A DNA stretch of 64,000 nucleotides, from the IMG/VR virus record IMGVR_UViG_3300035685_000001, positions 1-64,000 of that record; one strand, 5' to 3'. Below the pieces are notes generated by a model. That model made no database searches. It was given only the letters and a program-made list of their open reading frames with translations, and was not told the origin of the DNA. Positions within the stretch are counted from its first letter, which is position 1, and the number at the start of each line of letters is the position of its first letter. The translations under genes and the position numbers were made by a program. Below are positions 8,629-15,145 of this stretch, piece after piece. The stretch comes from a virus.

Positions 8629-9045
8629 ATGAAAAAGCCAAGAAATCCAAAGAAGCGCAAACAAAAGTATGTGAAAACACCAGAGTTTAAACCCAAGCCT
8701 AAATATGATTGGACTGTACGTTATGGCAACTTAGACGACTACCGAAGACTCTGTGCTAGGACTCACTCTGCTACCCATGGACGCTGTTGTGTGTGCCTCA
8801 CAGAGAAGAGTGACGTTATCCACCACAGCAGATATTTAGGCGCGCATGATGAGCCTGGAAAAAACGTCTTCGGAACGTGCCACAGATGCCACCGCAAAAG
8901 GTGTCATTCTAAAGCGAATTGGATTTGGGATGACAAAGACCCTGTTTGGGGGAATCACAACACTGTTGGCTTTGAAAAGAGGTTACAAGGTGGTTTCAAA
9001 ATGCTGAGCGCGGGCAGAAGCTTGAGGATAACTCCAATAGTTTAG
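8629..9045 (+). CDS. HNH endonuclease-like protein (paralog 2)
   Basis: CCVC...VIHHSRY...NVFGTCHRCHRKRCHSKANW aligns with 7150..7488. Confidence 0.6.
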   Translation: MKKPRNPKKRKQKYVKTPEFKPKPKYDWTVRYGNLDDYRRLCARTHSATHGRCCVCLTEKSDVIHHSRYLGAHDEPGKNVFGTCHRCHRKRCHSKANWIWDDKDPVWGNHNTVGFEKRLQGGFKMLSAGRSLRITPIV

Positions 9046-9144
9046 GCTCATACTCAAAACTGACCTTTAAGCCTTACTGTGTAAGAGTTGTAGTAGACGG
9101 AACAAGCAAAAGTTTAACTAGAACCAAGAAGCTGTAGTTCCGTC
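9045..9144 (+). repeat. Structured intergenic repeat, copy A
   Basis: GGCTCATACTCAAAACTGACC...CTTACTGTGTAAG...GACGGAAC(N37)GTTCCGTC. Confidence 0.8.
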
Positions 9145-9250
9145 TATTTTCTGACCATTGTTTACGTCATATTGCGTTAAAGTGTGGTTGTGCTGCGAGC
9201 AAGTTTTAGACAGAACCTCCTCTAACAGCCAGATAACATCCTTCAACTGA

Positions 9251-9349
9251 GCCTCATCTTTAAACTGACTTCTAATGCTTACTGTGTATGAGGTGTAGCT
9301 AGCGGTACTAACGGGGGTATAGTTAAATCATAAGCTCAGTAGTTCCGTC
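9251..9349 (+). repeat. Structured intergenic repeat, copy B
   Basis: GCCTCATCTTTAAACTGAC...GCTTACTGTG...AGCGGTACTA...TAGTTCCGTC. Ends 13 nt before ATG 9363. Confidence 0.8.
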
Positions 9350-9362
9350 CAATGAAGACACC

Positions 9363-9596
9363 ATGACACAAGTTAAATACAGCGTTGAAGAGTATTGTGA
9401 AGCTCTTTGGTATCCTAGTCCTAAGTCATCTTCAGTGTTAGGTAAGCGAGTGGCAACAGCGTATCGTAATGCAGGGCTAGGCGAGCCTGAGACAGATGAA
9501 AGACTAGTTAGAGGCAGATTAATTCCTGTTAAGGTCTACGACTGCCCTAATCAAGTCGTAGAAAATGCCATTCACAAGTACTACGACGAGGTTTAA
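9363..9596 (+). CDS. Hypothetical protein
   Basis: Track ORF starting 13 nt after repeat copy B. Terminator at 9656-9676. Confidence 0.4.
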   Translation: MTQVKYSVEEYCEALWYPSPKSSSVLGKRVATAYRNAGLGEPETDERLVRGRLIPVKVYDCPNQVVENAIHKYYDEV

Positions 9597-9655
9597 GACT
9601 GCCGCTTAAAGTTTATGATTCTAGATTAAACCGTACTCATATGACTGCACATTTA

Positions 9656-9676
9656 GGCTCGTTGCGAGCCTTTTTT
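9656..9676 (+). terminator. Rho-independent terminator
   Basis: Stem GGCTC/GAGCC followed by T6. Confidence 0.55.
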
Positions 9677-9708
9677 AGTACTAACAGCCAGGGAACATAC
9701 CTCTATTC

Positions 9709-9807
9709 GGCTCATGCTAAGAATTAACCTCAACCTGTTGGTATATAAGGCATTTGGCAAACGGAACTAACAAGATATTAACTAGAGAATAAAGTAGTTC
9801 CTTCCGC
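9709..9807 (+). repeat. Structured intergenic repeat, copy C
   Basis: GGCTCATGCTAAG...AACGGAACTA...TAGTTCCTTCCGC. Ends 3 nt before TTGACA 9811. Confidence 0.7.
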
Positions 9808-9810
9808 TTA

Positions 9811-9840
9811 TTGACATTTAGGTAAAACGTCTATTAGCAT
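9811..9840 (+). promoter_or_regulatory. Phage promoter motif TTGACATTTAGGTAAAAC
   Basis: TTGACA at 9811-9816 with TAGCAT at 18-nt spacing. 27 nt upstream of ATG 9867. Confidence 0.5.
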
Positions 9841-9866
9841 TGAGGAAGTCAAGCGAGGTAAATCAG

Positions 9867-10260
9867 ATGGGCGTTAACACAGTTGGTTTTGTTGCAACAG
9901 ACAACAAAGACTTTTTTGAAGTCATGACACTGGTAGAAAAAAGTGCTGTTAGACCTAGTGATTGAAACACACCCGACACTTAAAGACAGGTTAGGCAAGT
10001 TTCCAAGCACAAAAGTTCATCCTTCCAGTAAAGCAGCACGTACTCATTTTGGGTTTAAAGATGAAGACAGAATGATATCAATCAATTTTGACTGTGACTG
10101 TGATTACTCAGACACTTATGAAGGCTCTAAAATCATCTTCAGCCTCGGCTGTAGTGGATGCGCTCAAGAAGTCATACTTAAGCTTTTAGAGGCGTTCAAG
10201 GTTTACGGAGATGTCTACTACTGCTCAAACGATGCAGAGGAGGATTTCGTCAAGCTCTAA
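9867..10260 (+). pseudogene. Hypothetical gene split at an A6 run (frameshift, recoding or homopolymer error)
   Basis: ATG 9867 follows promoter 9811-9840 and reads 32 codons to TGA 9963. The long ORF 9943..10260 lies in the +1 frame and has only a GTG inside the A-run region (A6 at 9937-9942). Removing one A gives a continuous ORF of about 130 aa. Confidence 0.45.
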
Positions 10261-10280
10261 ACACTAACACTGAATCACAA

Positions 10281-10304
10281 AGCGGGTTAACCACCCGCTT
10301 TTTT
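10281..10304 (+). terminator. Rho-independent terminator
   Basis: Stem AGCGGGT/ACCCGCT followed by T6. Confidence 0.7.
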
Positions 10305-10337
10305 AGTGCCCACTGCCAGATAGCCTACACCAAATTA

Positions 10338-10436
10338 GCTCCAAACTGAAACTGACCTCTAATGCTTACTGTCAAAGGTTTTCAGCTACCTACACTAGAC
10401 CTTATTGGATTAGAAAAGAACCAAGTTAGTGTAGGC
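10338..10436 (+). repeat. Structured intergenic repeat, copy D (stem-swapped)
   Basis: Conserved 5' half (ACTGACCTCTAATGCTTACTGT). The distal stem is CCTACACTA / TAGTGTAGG instead of ACGGAACTA / TAGTTCCGT. Confidence 0.8.
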
Positions 10437-10474
10437 AGCATCCGTTGATAGCAGCAAGGTAACTCACTTCAGTT

Positions 10475-10575
10475 GACCTCATGCTCAAAACTAGCCTCAA
10501 ACGCTTACTACTCAAGGTTTTCACTTACCGGAACTAGCAGAATGTAGATTAAAACAGAACCTCAGTAGTTCCGTC
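10475..10575 (+). repeat. Structured intergenic repeat, copy E
   Basis: GACCTCATGCTCAAAACTAGCC...GCTTACTAC...CGGAACTA(N29)TAGTTCCG, a perfect 8-bp stem. Confidence 0.8.
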
Positions 10576-10694
10576 TACTAAGTTTAGACTTCACATAGCA
10601 AAACGCCTTACTGTAAGTCATGGTTGCGAGCATCCCAAGTAATGAAAGTAGTCACAACACCGCAGCTCCAATCAGGGAACATACCTGGTTTTAC

Positions 10695-10792
10695 CTCTTG
10701 CTAGAAATCAACCTCAAATGCTTAGCCCGTAAGCATTACAGCTAACGGTACTACCGAAATCTAACTAATAACAGAAGCACAGTAGTTCCGTC
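10695..10792 (+). repeat. Structured intergenic repeat, copy F
   Basis: AACCTCAAATGCTTA-GCCCG-TAAGCATT (8-bp hairpin), then AGCTAACGGTACTA...TAGTTCCGTC. Confidence 0.8.
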
Positions 10793-10815
10793 TTAAGTCC
10801 TCACCTACACCGCTC

Positions 10816-10853
10816 TAAAAATGGCACCTCTAGAAAGCGTTTCTAGAGGTGCC
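10816..10853 (-). terminator. Rho-independent terminator (leftward)
   Basis: 12-bp stem GGCACCTCTAGA/TCTAGAGGTGCC with the T-run on the minus strand. Confidence 0.7.
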
Positions 10854-10885
10854 AAGTAGGCTAGTGATAGATAGAGCCTTAAGGT

Positions 10886-11266
10886 TTATTCGATCTGTCT
10901 GCTCGCCTCCTGAGTTGCGTCTGAAAGCTTTCTAATAGTCCACCCCTTGTAAGGTTTGCCCCAACGAATGTAGAGACTCACAGAAGGATAAGGCAAGTCT
11001 TGCTCTGCACACCATTCAGGAAGGTCTGTAATGGTAGTCTGCTCGCCTTCAGGACTCGTGGCAATGTAAGTCTTGAGGTGATAGCTTCTGACCTTATCTA
11101 GCATCTCTTGACGGTTGGATTCCCAGTGTCTCTTAAAGTAGCCTTTAGGATGTCCGTTTAAGGCTTGCTGTAGGGTCATTCCTTTCCGCAGTCGGGAATA
11201 GACAGTTTGAGGATTTAAGCCAGCTTGTAGGGCTAGCTGATAGACGTTAGGTGTTTGCTTAGGCAT
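10886..11266 (-). CDS. HTH DNA-binding protein (homing-endonuclease-associated type?)
   Basis: Internal ATG 11266 has GGAGG 9 nt upstream. NVYQLALQAGLNPQTVYSRLRKG looks like an HTH. The track N-terminal extension to 11428 is probably spurious. Terminator at 10816-10853. Confidence 0.5.
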   Translation of the reverse strand: MPKQTPNVYQLALQAGLNPQTVYSRLRKGMTLQQALNGHPKGYFKRHWESNRQEMLDKVRSYHLKTYIATSPEGEQTTITDLPEWCAEQDLPYPSVSLYIRWGKPYKGWTIRKLSDATQEASRQIE

Positions 11267-11413
11267 CCGCTGATACCTCCGTAGGGGCGATCGCTGTCGC
11301 TTTGCTCGGTTCTGTGACTTGCGAGCGGTAGTCTGGTAGTTTTTCCATCGATAATGTTGTTGAGTAGATTCCGATATGTTACAATCATAACAAGTAAATT
11401 GAGTAAATGCAAA

Positions 11414-12073
11414 ATGTACATAGAACACCTCAAAAGAATAAAATCAATTTCATACACATCAAGTACAGGATTAAGAGAGATTACGTCTGAAGTTTTAGCT
11501 TCTGAACTCGGATTATCTATTGAAGATTTTCAAGAATTCTTAAAAGCAAGTTTTGTAAAAGACGTTAAAGTCTTTAATTGCTTTACTATTTTGGCTTTGT
11601 CTCAAATCACGATTTATATAAAGTTTCCAAAACTTGAAGCAAGACTAAAAACTTTTTTTACGCTAGGTAATAATTTAGCTTTTTTATCTGGTGAAGATAC
11701 GGATGTTGTTTACAGAAGTTTAGAAAGGGCAGTCATAACAGAATTTGCATCAACATTAAGAGGTATTGATTCAGAAATTATAAGCGTCCATCCGTGGTTT
11801 GAAAAGAACTACTCTAATTTAATTTCAGGCTCAAAACTCATTCCAGTTAAAGCCATTAACCGCAAACGTCCAGACTTTCTGATTGAGCTTAATTCTTTAA
11901 TTATCCCCGTAGAATGCAAGAAAGTATTCTCAGTCAGATCATTAAGTCAATTGCAAGGCTATATGAAACTCTGGAAGGTTAATAAAGGAGTTGCTGTAGC
12001 AAATAAGTATACTTGCTCTTTGCCTAGCAATATCATTGCTTTGACTGTTTCTAAGGAGAGCGAAGTCTCATGA
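11414..12073 (+). CDS. PD-(D/E)xK nuclease-like protein
   Basis: C-terminal RPDFLIE...IPVECKK fits the D...ExK motif. AT-rich. I prefer the ATG at 11414 over the track start at 11354. Confidence 0.45.
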   Translation: MYIEHLKRIKSISYTSSTGLREITSEVLASELGLSIEDFQEFLKASFVKDVKVFNCFTILALSQITIYIKFPKLEARLKTFFTLGNNLAFLSGEDTDVVYRSLERAVITEFASTLRGIDSEIISVHPWFEKNYSNLISGSKLIPVKAINRKRPDFLIELNSLIIPVECKKVFSVRSLSQLQGYMKLWKVNKGVAVANKYTCSLPSNIIALTVSKESEVS

Positions 12074-12228
12074 GTAAGTCTGGACACAAGCATCCTACAG
12101 TTGCGTTTCATGCCCCCCAAGAGTTAATAGACAAGCTTAAAGAAAGGGCAGAACAGCAAAACGAGACTAGGACAGAGTTAATAATAGAGGCACTTTGGTA
12201 CTATCTCCTAAACGTACCTGCTAAATAA
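12070..12228 (+). CDS. Ribbon-helix-helix (CopG/Arc-like) protein, 52 aa
   Basis: ATGA overlap with the nuclease ORF. TVAFHAPQELIDKLKERAEQQNETRTELIIEALWYYL matches an RHH beta-alpha-alpha layout. Terminator at 12235-12262. Confidence 0.5.
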   Translation: MSKSGHKHPTVAFHAPQELIDKLKERAEQQNETRTELIIEALWYYLLNVPAK

Positions 12229-12234
12229 TTTATA

Positions 12235-12262
12235 AGCCGGCTACATTAGTCGGCTTTCTGCT
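12235..12262 (+). terminator. Rho-independent terminator
   Basis: 8-bp stem AGCCGGCT/AGTCGGCT (one G-U pair) followed by a T-rich tail. Confidence 0.6.
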
Positions 12263-12270
12263 TTAATAGT

Positions 12271-12299
12271 TTGACATTCAGGCAAAACAAGGTTACCTT
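12271..12299 (+). promoter_or_regulatory. Phage promoter motif TTGACATTCAGGCAAAAC
   Basis: TTGACA, 17-nt spacer, TACCTT. Follows terminator 12235-12262. Confidence 0.45.
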
Positions 12300-12329
12300 A
12301 TAGAAGTCAACAAAAAACACGAGGCTCAA

Positions 12330-12555
12330 ATGGCTGAAAAAAAGAATTGAGAAAGATGGTAGAACGATCAGAATCGGTAACGGCAATTATACAGAGTCAA
12401 TTACGGGCAACGGACACGTTATCGTAGCGGGTAGCACCATTAATGGCAACGCAGCAAGCACCCCTAGAGAGCGCAATGTAACAAGCGAGTCTGAAGTACG
12501 TGACGGGAACTACATTGAAAATGAAGGAGGAAAGAAGGTTAATCGCTGGTTCTAA
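12330..12555 (+). pseudogene. Hypothetical gene split at an A7 run (frameshift, recoding or homopolymer error)
   Basis: ATG 12330 reads MAEKKN then stops. The +1 frame is open for 84 codons (12304-12555) with no start codon. A7 lies at 12337-12343. Removing one A gives a 74-aa ORF. The unit is framed by promoter 12271 and terminator 12581. Confidence 0.45.
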
Positions 12556-12580
12556 AGCTTAATTTTCAATGCTCACTAAG

Positions 12581-12615
12581 AAAACCACTGTAACGTTACA
12601 GTGGTTTTCTGCTTT
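12581..12615 (+). terminator. Rho-independent terminator
   Basis: Stem CCACTGTAAC/GTTACAGTGG followed by TTTTCTGCTTT. Confidence 0.7.
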
Positions 12616-12636
12616 AAAACTAATCCCATTAAACCC

Positions 12637-12666
12637 TTGACAATACAATTGACGTTTAGCTAACAT
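12637..12666 (+). promoter_or_regulatory. Dual-TTGAC promoter
   Basis: TTGACA, 18-nt spacer containing TTGACGTTTAGC, then TAACAT. 8 nt before ATG 12674, so the leader would be very short. Confidence 0.5.
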
Positions 12667-12673
12667 AAGAGAC

Positions 12674-12880
12674 ATGAAAGCAAAGTACAGGAGGCGCACA
12701 AAACTTTATTTACTCGACCGTCTTAAGTTAGACATCACAGAGTCTTACAATTTAACTGATATCGAACAGACCTATTTGTTCTCGCATAGAGGAGGTGGAA
12801 CAGTCTACAAGCTTCAAAGAATTCTCGAAACTCGACTAATAACTTATCAACAGCAACAAAACTACAAGGATAGAAAGTAA
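12674..12880 (+). CDS. Hypothetical protein
   Basis: Track ORF directly after promoter 12637-12666. TAATG overlap with the next ORF. Confidence 0.5.
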   Translation: MKAKYRRRTKLYLLDRLKLDITESYNLTDIEQTYLFSHRGGGTVYKLQRILETRLITYQQQQNYKDRK

Positions 12881-13971
12881 TGCAGAATCAAGTAATGCAA
12901 GACCTAGCAGCAAAGCGAGCAGAATTAGAGGCTCGCCTTCTCCAACTCCAACAAGAGCAAGAAGCGGCTCAAAAAGAATTCGAGCTAATGAGTCAGGGTG
13001 GAGAGAAGGCTCAAGAGGCTTTACAAGTCTTAGAGCAGTTGCTTAACGAAACGCCAAACACAATGAAGTCAGCATTGTTCAAGAGCCTCTACAAGGCTCT
13101 AGAGCAAGAAGCCAAGCGCAATGGGATAAACTTACTTGCCGAGGCTACAGTAACTTCTAATGGCAATGGTAAAGCAGCAACTTCTGAGACTGGCGCTAAA
13201 AGAACTCGCAAGATAAAGGATGAAATCTTTGAGCCTATCAACTTTGCAGTATTTCCAAACAACAATCGTTTAGCAGTTAGGGGTTTTATTGAAGGCAGAG
13301 CCGTTAAGTTTGATGAAGTTTACATCAGTGTAGATGGCTTAAGAGTCTCACCAGCTTGTGAAGCTTCAGCAAATGCCTGGAAAGCTTGGCTGTTAGAACG
13401 CAACTATGCAGCATCTATTAAAGTAGGTGATCTGTTTAGTAAAGCCAAAGGAATTATGCCAGGACTTTACTTGATGGAATTGTCAGACGTTACACTGGCA
13501 GACCTGAGCAGACTAGTAGATATCGACTTCTCAAAGGCACCAGACTCAGAAGAGAATGAACAACGTATGAGTCGGGAGTATTTAGAGTTAACCTTACTGG
13601 AAGACGACAAAGAGCCAACTAGCGAGCCTCAAGAACCTTCTGAAGATGAGGCACCAATTCAGCATGAAGAGATTCGTGAAGCTGAACCTGTTGAGGTTGT
13701 GCCTAATGCACCTGTTCAAGACTTACTTCTCATTGGTACTAAGTTTCAGCTTCAAGGTCTAGATGGCTTTGAAGGCACTTATGGCGAAATTGTAGGCATT
13801 GAAGAAGGCTCTATGAAGCCTTATGAATGTGACCTTAAACCGACATTTCCTCAGCATTTGATGTTGGCTCATGAGCAAATTCAAGTTATTCCAGAAGATG
13901 ACACGGTACTCACTGAGTTTCAGGATAAAGACGAGACAGAAGAGGAGGAAGACTTAAACATTCCATTCTAA
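12880..13971 (+). CDS. Acidic protein with SSB-like C-terminal tip (EEEDLNIPF)
   Basis: Coiled-coil N-terminus, acidic C-terminal third, ending in DLNIPF (compare the bacterial SSB tip DDDIPF). Confidence 0.55.
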   Translation: MQNQVMQDLAAKRAELEARLLQLQQEQEAAQKEFELMSQGGEKAQEALQVLEQLLNETPNTMKSALFKSLYKALEQEAKRNGINLLAEATVTSNGNGKAATSETGAKRTRKIKDEIFEPINFAVFPNNNRLAVRGFIEGRAVKFDEVYISVDGLRVSPACEASANAWKAWLLERNYAASIKVGDLFSKAKGIMPGLYLMELSDVTLADLSRLVDIDFSKAPDSEENEQRMSREYLELTLLEDDKEPTSEPQEPSEDEAPIQHEEIREAEPVEVVPNAPVQDLLLIGTKFQLQGLDGFEGTYGEIVGIEEGSMKPYECDLKPTFPQHLMLAHEQIQVIPEDDTVLTEFQDKDETEEEEDLNIPF

Positions 13972-13995
13972 AAGCTGGTTCACAATCGTAAGCAA

Positions 13996-14025
13996 ATGCC
14001 CTCTAAAATCTAGAGGGCATTTTGT
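13996..14025 (+). terminator. Rho-independent terminator
   Basis: Stem ATGCCCTCTA/TAGAGGGCAT followed by T4. Confidence 0.7.
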
Positions 14026-14053
14026 TGACATTTAGGTAATAAACGGTTATCTT
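14025..14053 (+). promoter_or_regulatory. Phage promoter motif TTGACATTTAGGTAATAA
   Basis: TTGACA, 17-nt spacer, TATCTT. A second TTGACGTTTGAGC lies at 14061. Confidence 0.45.
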
Positions 14054-14081
14054 ATACATATTGACGTTTGAGCAATACTTA

Positions 14082-14303
14082 ATGAATAGCAGTCTGATAA
14101 AATGGTGCCTTGTCTCTATCATTGCTAGTATTATATCTATGGCATTGGGTTTAGCTGTAACTTTGTTTTTAATGTGGCTATTAAATAGTGCAATGCTAGC
14201 AATTACAGTGAAACAATCAGTAGTGGTTTGGGTAGGAATATCTATGTGTTTGAGTTTTGTGAGCGGTTATCTAACTATGAAAATAAAGGATAACAACAAA
14301 TAA
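14082..14303 (+). CDS. Small membrane protein
   Basis: Two hydrophobic helices. The track TTG start at 14061 is itself a TTGACG promoter box, so I prefer the ATG at 14082. Confidence 0.5.
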   Translation: MNSSLIKWCLVSIIASIISMALGLAVTLFLMWLLNSAMLAITVKQSVVVWVGISMCLSFVSGYLTMKIKDNNK

Positions 14304-14320
14304 AAAACTAAATACTGAAT

Positions 14321-14352
14321 AAAAAAAGAGGGCTAACGTTAGCCCTCTTTTG
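14321..14352. terminator. Bidirectional terminator between convergent genes
   Basis: A7, then AGAGGGCTA/TAGCCCTCT, then T4. Confidence 0.7.
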
Positions 14353-14353
14353 C

Positions 14354-14806
14354 TTATCTAGCCCTCTCCTGTAACCACAACCATCGTGCAATTAACAAAG
14401 CATCAGACCTTCCATCCTTCCGCTTACCTTTCTCTATCAGTGGCACATCAGGATACAACTTAACGCATTGCCCAATACTGTCATTACCTCTACTCTTCCC
14501 CGTCACACTAAATACCCGTTGCCAGTCTTGAGGCTTCACCATTAAGAAGGGAATACCAAGAGCCGCTAGAATGCCTCTCATCTCGCCTATACCCATCCCA
14601 AAACTCATACAGCTAGGCTTCCCCATCTTGCCACCTGGAAACGGCTGCTCAATAGCACCACGCTTTACTTTAGGCAATGATTGAATTAACTTTACTGTCT
14701 CAATAATGTTGGATGGCATATCATGAAGCGCGATGCACTCTCCGACTGGATTAAGTAAGGCGATCGCTCCGGTTTTACCAGGGTCTATTCCTAAGAAGTA
14801 TGTCAT
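14354..14806 (-). CDS. RuvC-like Holliday junction resolvase
   Basis: N-terminal YFLGIDPGKTGAIALL, internal AIEQ and C-terminal GRSDALLIARW match the RuvC acidic-residue layout. Confidence 0.7.
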   Translation of the reverse strand: MTYFLGIDPGKTGAIALLNPVGECIALHDMPSNIIETVKLIQSLPKVKRGAIEQPFPGGKMGKPSCMSFGMGIGEMRGILAALGIPFLMVKPQDWQRVFSVTGKSRGNDSIGQCVKLYPDVPLIEKGKRKDGRSDALLIARWLWLQERAR

Positions 14807-15093
14807 AGCACCTCATTCACTATTTTTAACCATTCGTCTTTGATTTGTTGCAACACAACTTCAAGGTCAGAGTTAACCTCAGTGCCAATAAAAGTAATGT
14901 CATAATTCATTCTCATTTCTCCGCTGTAGCCAGAAATGCACTGTGACACTTTAATGTCAAACCATCCATCAGATTCGCCACAATAATCTACCCATATATA
15001 AGCACTTGTTTTTCCTGATTCAATCTTCCACGTAAGCTTAGGAAAATATTGCTTACACAAATTAAGGTTTTCTTGATGATTAATATTCGTCAT
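14803..15093 (-). CDS. Hypothetical protein
   Basis: Track ORF; 4-nt overlap with the resolvase gene. Confidence 0.5.
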   Translation of the reverse strand: MTNINHQENLNLCKQYFPKLTWKIESGKTSAYIWVDYCGESDGWFDIKVSQCISGYSGEMRMNYDITFIGTEVNSDLEVVLQQIKDEWLKIVNEVL

Positions 15094-15097
15094 AATG

Positions 15098-15121
15098 CAA
15101 AAAGACGGTTTAAGCCGTCTT
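15098..15121 (-). terminator. Hairpin terminator (leftward)
   Basis: Stem AGACGG/CCGTCT with the T-run on the minus strand. Confidence 0.45.
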
Positions 15122-15145
15122 GCTAATGTTTACTGATTTGAAGAT

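Noticed and set aside
9045-10792. Interpreting the clustered intergenic repeats as a CRISPR array or solitary CRISPR repeats
   Set aside because: The units are ~100 nt rather than 24-40 nt. Their spacing is irregular (about 40-360 nt) and the spacers share motifs with each other. Real ORFs sit between some copies, and no cas gene is visible in the window.
11233-11457. Minus-strand 74-aa ORF, the N-terminal 54 codons of track ORF 10886..11428, and the first 20 codons of 11354..12073
   Set aside because: The internal ATG 11266 has a GGAGG ribosome-binding site. The extensions would make two divergent genes overlap by more than 70 nt and would run through the likely divergent promoter region.
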